The translations under genes were made by a program, and so were the position numbers. A stretch of DNA of 64,000 nucleotides from Candidatus Bathyarchaeota archaeon B24 (GTDB lineage: Archaea; Thermoproteota; CALKCG01; B24). Location: positions 25,277 through 89,276 of the forward strand of contig LUCB01000002.1 in assembly GCA_001593865.1 (NCBI GenBank), read 5' to 3'. Positions 55,992 to 64,000 of the stretch are shown piece by piece (the first letter of the stretch is position 1; each line of letters starts with the position of its first letter). The notes below the pieces were generated by a model. It worked only from the letters and a program-made list of their open reading frames with translations. It made no database searches and was not told the DNA's origin.

Positions 55992-58733
55992 TTGGACGAA
56001 AGCCTATTCGAGGTCGAGGTCTTCAGACGAGAAGGGTTCGTTAGAAAGACCTGTAAACGGTGCGGTAGAAGGTTCTGGACCTTAAACCCTGATCAAGAAC
56101 TCTGCGGGGACCAGCCTTGTGTGGAGTACGGTTTCATAGGAAACCCGCCTAAGGCAAATAGCTTCGATAAGAGAAGCCTAAGAGAGGCCTTCCTTGGCTT
56201 TTTCGAGAGGAACGGACATGGTAGAGTCAGGAGATACCCCGTCGTGGCCAGATGGAGGGAGGACGTATACCTAGTAGGTGCTTCCATATACGACTTCCAG
56301 CCGTGGGTTACCAGCGGCGTGGTCCCCCCACCTGCGAACCCCCTCACGATCTCGCAGCCCTCGATAAGGTTCACAGACCTCGAAAACGTAGGCCGAACAG
56401 GACGTCACCTCACAGGGTTCGAGATGATGGCTCACCACGCGTTTAACATAGGGGGAAGACGAGTATACTGGAACGATGAGACGGTCGACTACTGCTTCAG
56501 GTTTTACAGAGATGTCGTAGGCCTGAACCCAGAGGAGCTGACTTTCATAGAGGATTTCTGGTCTGGGGGCGGTAACGCGGGTGAAGACTTCGAGGTCGTA
56601 GTTAGAGGAGGCGAGGTCGCTACACTAGTGTTCATGCACTATAAAGTAGGTGAAGACGGTTCGCTGAGACCTATGGAGAACATGATAGTCGATACCGGCT
56701 ATGGGCTTGAGAGAAACCTATGGATACTTCAAGGGAAACCCAACATATATGAAACCGTCTACGGGGAACTCGTAGAAAAGCTTAGAGCCGAAGCCGGTGT
56801 AGAGAAAGTCGATGAGCGGATTCTATTAGAGGTATCGAAGGTCGCCGGGATGATGGATGTTAAAGAAGAGAAAGCTCTAGAAGAAGTTAAGTCGAGAGTT
56901 GCCTCCAAGGTGGGTTTAACGCTTGAAGATGTCGAGAAACTCCTTAGGCCATACGAGTTGATCTATAGGATAGCGGATCACAGCTATACGCTTGCTTGGA
57001 TGCTCGGAGACGGGGTCGTACCGTCTAACACGGGTGCAGGCTACTTGGCCAGACTCTTGATAAGGAGATGTCTAAGAGCCATGGACGAGCTGGGTTTGAA
57101 GATCGACCTAGGTTGGATAGTAAGTTATCAGCTTAAAGAGCTAGCTCCAGATTTCCCAGAACTTCTGGAGGCCGAGGATAACATCGTCGAGATGCTTGAG
57201 CTTGAGGCTAAGCGATATCGGGAGAGTCTCGATAGGGCTTTGAAGATCGCCGTGAGAATCGTGAAAAGTGGTAAGAAGAGCCTCACTGTGGACGACCTCA
57301 TAATGCTCTACGACTCCCACGGACTCCCACCGGAACTTCTTAAAGATAGGTTATCCCCTCTGGGAGTGAAAGTGAGTGTGCCACGGAACTTCTACGAGCT
57401 TGTGGCCAAGATCCATGAAAGACCTGAGCGGAGGAGGGTTGAAGAAGAGCACATACTTAGAAAGGTCTTAGAGAACTTGCCTAAGACCAGGCGGATATAC
57501 CTCGAAGACGGGAAGATTAGGAGGTTTAAAGCTAGGGTTTTAAGGGTTTTAGGAGACTGGGTTGTATTGGATGGGACGGCGTTTTATCCGACCAGTGGAG
57601 GACAGCTACACGATACAGGTGTCTTGAGATGCGGCGGAGGGGCTGGGAAGATCGTGGACGTGAGGGACGTGGATGGGGTCATAGTTCACAAGGTTAAAGG
57701 AGTGAAGCCTAGCGTCGGTGAGCAGGTTGAGTGCGAGATAGACTGGGATAGAAGAATGGCTTTAACTAGGCATCATACTGCGACCCACATATTGATGGGT
57801 GCGGCTAGAAGGGTTTTAGGCCCTCACGTCTGGCAAACCGGCGCAGAAAAAACAGCCGAGAAAGCTAGACTCGATATAACCCATTATAAAAGCATCACCC
57901 GCGAGGAGCTGGAGCAGATAGAGCTACTAGCCAATAAGGTGGTGGTCGAAAATAGGCCTGTGAAAACCTTTATGATTCCGAGGGATGAGGCTGAAAAGAG
58001 GTATGGGTTTAGGCTCTACCAGGGAGGGGTTTATCCGGGTAGGGTTATACGGGTCGTCGAGATAGAGGGTTGGGACGCCGAGGCGTGCGGTGGAACCCAC
58101 TGCGAGAGGACGGGAGAAGTCGGGTTGATAAAAATCATAGGTGTGGATAGAATTCAGGATGGGGTTGAACGGCTTGAATACGTCGCAGGCGAGCAGGCGC
58201 TTAGATACCTACAAACGAGGCTCAGGGCTTTAGAGGAGGCCTCGAACCTTCTCAGAAGCCCCGCAGATAAGCTTAAAGAGTCTGTTACGAAACTACTGGA
58301 GGAGCTTAAAGCCGAGAGAAGAAGAGTCGAAAACCTGAGAAGACGGCTCGTGGAAGCTAGGATTAGCTCCGTCGTCGAGAATCTTCTAGAGGTGGATGGA
58401 GTTAAACTCGCCATTCAGAGGAGGGTCGACGAAGAAACGGACACCGTGATAGCTGAAGCAAATACCTTGGTCAACCGGTTTCCCGAGACCGTAGCGATAT
58501 ACTTCTTGGTCAGGAGGGGAAAGGCTAGGATCGTAGTGATGGTCGGTGACAAGGCTAAAGAAGCCGGTTTAAACGCCGGGATAATTGCCCGCAGACTAGC
58601 CACCATATGCGGAGGCAAGGCAGGAGGCTCCATAAGGCTGGGCCAAGGAGGAGGGCTAGACGCTTCTAGAATACCTAGTGAAAAGGAAATTTTAGAGGAA
58701 GTGTTGAAAACTAAAGCTGGAACGCCTTCCTGA
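55992..58733 (+). CDS. alaS: Alanine--tRNA ligase
   Basis: 913 aa. Editing-domain HxxxH...CGGTH motifs (HHTATH, CGGTHC). Archaeal N-terminal Zn-finger-like CKRCGRRFW. Confidence 0.9.
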   Translation: MDESLFEVEVFRREGFVRKTCKRCGRRFWTLNPDQELCGDQPCVEYGFIGNPPKANSFDKRSLREAFLGFFERNGHGRVRRYPVVARWREDVYLVGASIYDFQPWVTSGVVPPPANPLTISQPSIRFTDLENVGRTGRHLTGFEMMAHHAFNIGGRRVYWNDETVDYCFRFYRDVVGLNPEELTFIEDFWSGGGNAGEDFEVVVRGGEVATLVFMHYKVGEDGSLRPMENMIVDTGYGLERNLWILQGKPNIYETVYGELVEKLRAEAGVEKVDERILLEVSKVAGMMDVKEEKALEEVKSRVASKVGLTLEDVEKLLRPYELIYRIADHSYTLAWMLGDGVVPSNTGAGYLARLLIRRCLRAMDELGLKIDLGWIVSYQLKELAPDFPELLEAEDNIVEMLELEAKRYRESLDRALKIAVRIVKSGKKSLTVDDLIMLYDSHGLPPELLKDRLSPLGVKVSVPRNFYELVAKIHERPERRRVEEEHILRKVLENLPKTRRIYLEDGKIRRFKARVLRVLGDWVVLDGTAFYPTSGGQLHDTGVLRCGGGAGKIVDVRDVDGVIVHKVKGVKPSVGEQVECEIDWDRRMALTRHHTATHILMGAARRVLGPHVWQTGAEKTAEKARLDITHYKSITREELEQIELLANKVVVENRPVKTFMIPRDEAEKRYGFRLYQGGVYPGRVIRVVEIEGWDAEACGGTHCERTGEVGLIKIIGVDRIQDGVERLEYVAGEQALRYLQTRLRALEEASNLLRSPADKLKESVTKLLEELKAERRRVENLRRRLVEARISSVVENLLEVDGVKLAIQRRVDEETDTVIAEANTLVNRFPETVAIYFLVRRGKARIVVMVGDKAKEAGLNAGIIARRLATICGGKAGGSIRLGQGGGLDASRIPSEKEILEEVLKTKAGTPS

Positions 58734-59154
58734 TTTTGTACTCTATGAACCTCCTAGGTAAGGCTCCTATGATCCTGTCTACTTCTATGCCATCTTTAAA
58801 CATTATGAGAGTCGGTATACTCATCACCCCGAACTTAGCGGCTGTCGCAGGGTTCTCGTCGACGTTAAGTCTACCGAAAGACACCACACCAGCATAAGCT
58901 TCCGCAAGTTCGTGGAAGATGGGCTCTATCATCCTACATGGAGCACACCACGGAGCCCAAAAATCTACGACAAGCCTACTATGCTCTTTAACCACCGAGT
59001 TGAAGTTACTGTCGTTAACCTTTAAAACCTTAGGTTTCGATGGTTTGCCCCCCTTCTCCCTCAAAACCTTTTTAAGAAGCTCCTTCAGCTTCTTCTCCTT
59101 AATTCTCTCAAGCTCCTCGTCGGACATACGAATCAGCATACAGACGACTTTCAC
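58711..59154 (-). CDS. trx: Thioredoxin with charged N-terminal extension
   Basis: WAPWCAPCR active site. Confidence 0.85.
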   Translation of the reverse strand: MKVVCMLIRMSDEELERIKEKKLKELLKKVLREKGGKPSKPKVLKVNDSNFNSVVKEHSRLVVDFWAPWCAPCRMIEPIFHELAEAYAGVVSFGRLNVDENPATAAKFGVMSIPTLIMFKDGIEVDRIIGALPRRFIEYKIRKAFQL

Positions 59155-59261
59155 ATAAAGATATCGCTTGAGCGACCAGGAAAGTCTCAGAGAGAAGACC
59201 GGGGGTTCAGCCAGTATGCCCTTTCATCCTTCTTCCCAGGAGCGCTTTCAGGCGGAAGTCA

Positions 59262-59283
59262 GATGAGAGGAGCTCCTCTCATC
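59262..59283. promoter_or_regulatory. Perfect 22-bp palindrome GATGAGAGGAG|CTCCTCTCATC between the transporter 3' end and the thioredoxin promoter
   Basis: Read directly: 11-bp arms with no spacer. Confidence 0.6.
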
Positions 59284-59334
59284 ACCCATATTGATCAGAT
59301 GGGAAAGGACTAAGGGTTAAAGTTTACTACGTCG

Positions 59335-60744
59335 TCACATTAGGGGGGCTTGAAGTATGAGCAGGACGATAGCCAACGTTATGGTTAGAAGCGTTATTAA
59401 ACTTCCGTATTTAATCCAATCCTTGAAAGATATCGTTTGAATACCGCGTTTTTCGAGTATCCCCATGGCCACTATGTTGGCGGTGCTTCCGATCAGGGTT
59501 AGGTTTCCGAAGTAGGTACCGGCGAAAAGCACACCCCACCATAATAGATTCTCTTTGAAACCGACGTTGCCGAAAGCTTCGACTATAGGAGCTATCGTAG
59601 CTACGGCTAGAACGTTATCTAGGAAAGCGCTCAGAATCCCAGTCATAGCTATGAGCGTGATAAGAACCGTAACTTCGCCACCTGGTACGTGAGATAAGGC
59701 TTCGGCTACGACCTCCGTAATACCTACATATTCTAACGCTCCGACCGAGGCGAAGAGCATGATAAAGAACACCATATCCGCCCATTCGACCCTATGCTCT
59801 ATTATCTCCCGTACCCTACCACGCTCTATGAGCAACGCCAACCCAGCCATAGACAAGACCACGCCTAACAGTAAACTGTTTTTCTTTAGACCTAACAGGT
59901 TTTCTAGAGGGCTATAGAGGGCTAAACCGATTACCGTGCCAAAGAAAACTATCCCCGACTCCATAAGTTCTCTGGAGGTTATCTCAAGCCCCCCACCGAC
60001 CTCCCTATCCTCAGCCTTAAGCTTTATAGACTTATCGAGCTGTTCAATCTCTTTTTTAAAAACTCGCAAACAAACCTCTATGCACAGAATTAGGCTTAGG
60101 AGGGAGATGGGAGTAGCCCATCTTATGAAGTCATTGAAGGTTAACCCGCTTTTTAAGGCTATAAGGACGCCTACCGGATTGCCCATAACAGTCGCGCTGC
60201 TTCCTATGTTGGAGGCAAAGACGCTCATAACCACGTAGGGGACGGGGTTTAGCTTGTAGTATCTTGCTATGCTGAGTATAGATACGGTCATGAATAATGC
60301 AGAGGATATGGTGCCAACCAGAGCCGAGAATATGCCTGAGATTAGCATTAGAATCCTGATTAGTCTTCTAGCGTCGGAGCCGAATTTGGCGACTATCAGG
60401 TTCATTAGATACCCGAAAAAATGCCGCTCCTCTAAGAACCCCACGATTATCATCGTGGCGACTAAGAATAACACTACATCTATGTTTGCGAATTTTATAA
60501 GACTTGGAACATCTATTAAACCGAACGAAAGGAGTAAAAATACTCCGAGCATAGCTATAGGAATTCTGATGGACCAAAATAGTATGATCGACGAAATCAC
60601 CGTTGAGAATATCGTTATCGTAAGGATTTGACGGTAGTTTAAACCGGCTAGAGCCGATAGGGCCAAGAGCACCATCATCGAGCCTATCAGGACGCTTAGC
60701 TTAACCTTACCCTCCATAGAGGACCTCCTGGACGATATCGACAC
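59335..60744 (-). CDS. ArsB/NhaD (CitMHS/DASS-like) superfamily ion transporter
   Basis: 469 aa. Two repeated 5-6-TM halves. Anion-permease-like. Confidence 0.6.
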   Translation of the reverse strand: MSISSRRSSMEGKVKLSVLIGSMMVLLALSALAGLNYRQILTITIFSTVISSIILFWSIRIPIAMLGVFLLLSFGLIDVPSLIKFANIDVVLFLVATMIIVGFLEERHFFGYLMNLIVAKFGSDARRLIRILMLISGIFSALVGTISSALFMTVSILSIARYYKLNPVPYVVMSVFASNIGSSATVMGNPVGVLIALKSGLTFNDFIRWATPISLLSLILCIEVCLRVFKKEIEQLDKSIKLKAEDREVGGGLEITSRELMESGIVFFGTVIGLALYSPLENLLGLKKNSLLLGVVLSMAGLALLIERGRVREIIEHRVEWADMVFFIMLFASVGALEYVGITEVVAEALSHVPGGEVTVLITLIAMTGILSAFLDNVLAVATIAPIVEAFGNVGFKENLLWWGVLFAGTYFGNLTLIGSTANIVAMGILEKRGIQTISFKDWIKYGSLITLLTITLAIVLLILQAPLM

Positions 60745-60846
60745 GATAAATTGTGAGGGCTGAATTAAATGTTACCCTTCGGTATAATATGCAAAAACCT
60801 TCGGGCGAAAGTCTTATAGTTAAGCTGTCTAGCCTATAGAATTGGC

Positions 60847-61590
60847 TTGAAGCTTCTAGTCAGCGTCGTAGACGAGGAGGAGGCCTACGAGGCTGTTAGA
60901 GGTGGATGCGATATTCTGGATATTAAGAACCCCAGGGAGGGCTCTCTAGGGGCAAACCATCCATCCGTTATAAAACGGATAGTCGAGAGGTTTAACGGTG
61001 AGGTGGAGGTCAGTGCAACTATAGGGGACCTGCCGAACCTGCCTGGTACTGCTTCTCTTGCGGCTTTAGGAGCTGCGTCGCTCGGTGTGGATTACATAAA
61101 GGCGGGGTTGTACGGCGTTAAGGAGCCTGAAGATGCTTTGAATCTCATGAGCTGGGTTGTGAAGTCTGTCAAAGAAACCTATCCAAACGTTAGGGTTATA
61201 GCGTGCGGCTACGCCGACTACTATAACATCGGCTCTCTAAACCCAGCTTATCTTCCGTCGGTAGCGTGGAGAAGCAGGGCAGATGGAATACTCATAGACG
61301 TTAAAGGTAAGGGTCACGGAAACGTGTTCGACCACTTAGACGTGGAAGAACTCACTCGGATATTCTCGGAGGCTAGACGTCTGGGTTTGATAACGGCTTT
61401 AGCCGGTGGATTGGAGGCTGAAGACGTAGCCGTAGTCGATAAGGTCGGTGTAGACGTGTTGGGTGTTAGGAGAGGTGTATGCGATACCAGGAGCTGGATA
61501 GGTGGAAGGGTGAGGTCTGAGAAAGTTATAGTTCTTAAAAGGTTGCTAAAAGAGCTTAGGCATGGACCAGTATCGCGTCCTCGCCCATAA
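60847..61590 (+). CDS. mfnB: (5-formylfuran-3-yl)methyl phosphate synthase MfnB-like (methanofuran biosynthesis)
   Basis: KLLVSVVDEEEAYEAVRGGCDILDIKNPREGSLGANHPSVI...TIGDLP...SLAALGAA...DYIKAGLYGV is collinear with characterised MfnB. Confidence 0.75.
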   Translation: MKLLVSVVDEEEAYEAVRGGCDILDIKNPREGSLGANHPSVIKRIVERFNGEVEVSATIGDLPNLPGTASLAALGAASLGVDYIKAGLYGVKEPEDALNLMSWVVKSVKETYPNVRVIACGYADYYNIGSLNPAYLPSVAWRSRADGILIDVKGKGHGNVFDHLDVEELTRIFSEARRLGLITALAGGLEAEDVAVVDKVGVDVLGVRRGVCDTRSWIGGRVRSEKVIVLKRLLKELRHGPVSRPRP

Positions 61591-62116
61591 GGTTCTCGGC
61601 TAAAGTCTTCGCTGTCTCTCTGATTACCATCCCCTCTGGATTTGGTCGAGAAGCTTCGACATCTAACATGGTAAACTGGAGGAGGTCTATAGAAGACCTC
61701 TGTACATCTTCTACGATGTTTAAGCTCGTCTTCAAGGTGAAGTCCATGAGCTTTTCGATTTCATCCATGCCCTCCTCCATAGACCCGACCGGTAAAAACT
61801 CGCGAATCTCTGATAGGGTCGTAAGACGTATTATCGACCTTTCGAGCGATAGACAGGCTCTCGACATGAGTTTGAGTATGCGTTCAACCTCTACGATCTC
61901 AGAGACGTACATGGAGGCTCTGAACCCATCACCCGCGGCATAGGCTACTAAGTACCGAGCGTAGAGCCGTTTCCTATAGCGTTTAGCTTTATAAATCAAA
62001 TACTCCAGCCGTTCTAAACCCTCATCGAGCTTAGAGATCAATTCTTTAAAGCCGACCTTTAACCATCTCCTGGCGGCTCTAAAAAACATCGTGTTCAAGA
62101 ATTGGAAATCATACAC
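61556..62116 (-). CDS. Hypothetical helical protein (possible Snf7/ESCRT-III-like)
   Basis: All-helical. Basic N-terminal half and acidic C-terminal half. Weak call. Confidence 0.25.
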   Translation of the reverse strand: MYDFQFLNTMFFRAARRWLKVGFKELISKLDEGLERLEYLIYKAKRYRKRLYARYLVAYAAGDGFRASMYVSEIVEVERILKLMSRACLSLERSIIRLTTLSEIREFLPVGSMEEGMDEIEKLMDFTLKTSLNIVEDVQRSSIDLLQFTMLDVEASRPNPEGMVIRETAKTLAENLMGEDAILVHA

Positions 62117-62277
62117 AATATATAGAATTGTTTAGCGACGCCAGCGAAATCTAGTCTAACATCTGCCATGTTATTTAAAGAGTATTGAGCTTGAACACCC
62201 GTAGGGTAATATCGACAAAACATCTGGGATATACGCTGAACTCTAGAAAAGTTGAACACGTTTATAAGTAAACTCTT

Positions 62278-62925
62278 TCAGTTTAGAAGAACCTCGGTGC
62301 ATATCGTTTCGATGTCTCTTAAGACTTCTTCGACCCTCTGCGGTTTAAACCCGTTAACCACGTAGCACCTCATCGTTAATCCCTCAGCGACCTCCGGGAA
62401 GTAGCTGTCTAAACAAGAGCGGTTCCTCCTAAGCCAGTCCAAGTCTACGGTTTTCATAAGCCTACCTTGTCCATCGTAAATACCGTCGACATCCTTGACC
62501 AGTATGAGCTTCTTAGCCTTAAGAAGCCATGCAATATAGACCGAGATGCTATCCGAGGTTACGTCCCATGACGGAGGAAAGGGGTCCTTCAGCTCTAAAA
62601 GCCTATGCGGGATCAGCACGGGTAAAAAACCCTTATGATGAACTACTAAACACTCCTCGATCGCATAGACAGGAATTGCTCTAGGAGTTATGTCTGCTAT
62701 AAGTAGCCCATACTGAGACATGGCCAATATAGCCATCTTATGAGCCGCCAACTCAGAAAGCCTGAAGACCCTATAGCACATCCTCACGCTATCTGCGAAC
62801 GAACCCCCACCTGGTACGATCACAAACTCATAGTTCGAAGCTAACGCGCTTAGCCTGAGACATAGCCTTTTAAAAGCGGTGGGTCTCCGGCTTAAGCTTC
62901 CCCCGACTTTCACGACAACCTCCAA
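62278..62925 (-). CDS. Amino-acid-kinase-fold small kinase, MfnE-like ([5-(aminomethyl)furan-3-yl]methyl phosphate kinase) or IPK-like
   Basis: VVKVGGS N-terminus. VPGGGSF. VKDVDGIYDG (AAK-fold nucleotide-site motifs). 215 aa. Overlaps the next gene by 16 nt. Confidence 0.5.
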   Translation of the reverse strand: MEVVVKVGGSLSRRPTAFKRLCLRLSALASNYEFVIVPGGGSFADSVRMCYRVFRLSELAAHKMAILAMSQYGLLIADITPRAIPVYAIEECLVVHHKGFLPVLIPHRLLELKDPFPPSWDVTSDSISVYIAWLLKAKKLILVKDVDGIYDGQGRLMKTVDLDWLRRNRSCLDSYFPEVAEGLTMRCYVVNGFKPQRVEEVLRDIETICTEVLLN

Positions 62926-63986
62926 TTTCTAAGCTCCCTCCCCTTCAGAAACTCAGCCGCCATGAGTGCCAACGCATAGGAGGGTGTGGCCTTAGCCGCC
63001 TCAGACCCTATAAACCGCGATAACGGCTTAACGTCTTTAAACCCGAACATCTTCAGAGCCTTACCGGCTATGAACTCTCCACCGACCCCTGCGACATAGG
63101 CTGGACTAGTTTTCAGGTCGACCTTGAGGCTGTTTGTTAATCTCTTCAATGCCTCTAATATTTGACCCAATTGAGCTTCGTAGACGTAGGAAGCTATGGT
63201 CTTGACCTCTTCCATCGATAATAGGTCAAGGTCGGCGCACACAACCCTAGCCACCCTAGCGGCCGCCTCGACCATTGAAACACCCCTACCGTCTGGTGTA
63301 TCGACCGTGTAGTCTTCGGCGGTGATGTGCCCGAGGAGCAGATGGATGTCGCCTGATTGGGCGAAGAACTCTGAGGAAACCGGTGTGGAAACACCTCTAA
63401 CAGGTACGTGGGACACTATGGCTGCGACGTTCGTCCTTAACGCGCCGGTATACACGAGTTCTCCAGCCATAAGCTTCTCCAGGTCGTTAAGACCTTTGGC
63501 AGCGACCTTGCCTTCGACCACGGGGACTATCGAGGTCGAGGTGCTACCCGTGTCTACTAGGAGGCATGTGTCAGATAGCTTAGAGGCAAGCCATCCCGAC
63601 GCATACCAGTTAGCCGCGGCGACCTCTAGAGGATGTTTTCTAGCCTCGTCTGGAGTCAAAAGCCTACCGTGGACATCTAGAAACCTAAGGTCCAGGGTGG
63701 GCATGGCCTTCTCGACCGAGTCTATTATATGGTTAACGCCCTCTCTCTTCGAGAAATAGACGTCGGATAGTTCAGCCGTCATCGTTATGGCAGCTAGATC
63801 AGGTCTGGTAGACCCAACCCGTTCGACCATGGACTTAAGCTTATAGGGAAGCTTCTCCCGACCTCTCTTCCATACCGGGAAGTACTCTGCGAATATCTTG
63901 ACATCCGATACGGCATATCCTCTACATCGTATGACCGTTAGCTTTATGTTTGCTCCTCCGATATCCCATCCCAGGACAACCGTCAT
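62910..63986 (-). CDS. Hydantoinase/oxoprolinase-related ASKHA-fold protein of the H4MPT-linked C1-transfer-pathway type (MfnF-like)
   Basis: LGWDIGGANIKL N-terminus (ASKHA phosphate-1 motif). 358 aa. Operonic with the MfnE-like gene and next to mfnB. Confidence 0.5.
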   Translation of the reverse strand: MTVVLGWDIGGANIKLTVIRCRGYAVSDVKIFAEYFPVWKRGREKLPYKLKSMVERVGSTRPDLAAITMTAELSDVYFSKREGVNHIIDSVEKAMPTLDLRFLDVHGRLLTPDEARKHPLEVAAANWYASGWLASKLSDTCLLVDTGSTSTSIVPVVEGKVAAKGLNDLEKLMAGELVYTGALRTNVAAIVSHVPVRGVSTPVSSEFFAQSGDIHLLLGHITAEDYTVDTPDGRGVSMVEAAARVARVVCADLDLLSMEEVKTIASYVYEAQLGQILEALKRLTNSLKVDLKTSPAYVAGVGGEFIAGKALKMFGFKDVKPLSRFIGSEAAKATPSYALALMAAEFLKGRELRNWRLS

Positions 63987-64000
63987 GAGACTTCACACCC

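Noticed and set aside
1-64000. CRISPR arrays, rRNA genes, transposases or integrases
   Set aside because: I scanned by eye for regular 25-40-bp direct repeats with spacers, for rRNA-like conserved stretches and for DDE/tyrosine-recombinase motifs. None were found. The only dense repeats are the short operator-like motifs at 8047-8137.

Overview
This 64 kb window is an archaeal chromosomal segment that is almost entirely coding and dense on both strands. Two clusters place it in Archaea with TACK-like organisation: SecE–Spt5–L11–L1–L10–P1, followed by archaeal D-aminoacyl-tRNA deacylase, OTCase, FtsY and prefoldin alpha; and S19e–PDCD5-like–L39e–L31e–eIF6–LX. Both are read from the sequence. 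A Bathyarchaeia-like lineage is my inference, not something I can prove, from a stand-alone MtrH homologue, an mfnB–mfnE–mfnF-like methanofuran-precursor cluster and a bacterial-type pta–ackA pair. A core biosynthetic block sits at 21–29 kb: cimA/leuA–ilvB–ilvN–ilvC on the minus strand, ilvD divergent, then sufCB. The first ~20 kb and the 29–43 kb stretch look accessory. They hold a 5'-truncated vWA protein, a stand-alone NurA–HerA pair, four tandem paralogous small wHTH proteins, two PqqD-like paralogues, a Yip1-like membrane protein, a surface glycoprotein, an SPL-type radical SAM gene coupled to MtrH, a tRNA-Ser(TGA) followed by a toxin–antitoxin-like pair, and a V4R protein. They also hold LarA-like/DUF211/VIT, DegT/NTase/amidohydrolase, and cobO next to a class II RNR. 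The most unusual locus is a co-directional five-gene cluster: pta, ackA, a degenerate nucleotidyltransferase-like hexapeptide-repeat protein, a bacterial-type acyl carrier protein and holo-ACP synthase. Archaea normally lack ACP. Two small genes absent from the ORF track were found by hand translation: SecE (58 aa) and L39e (53 aa). I saw no CRISPR array, rRNA or obvious transposase.
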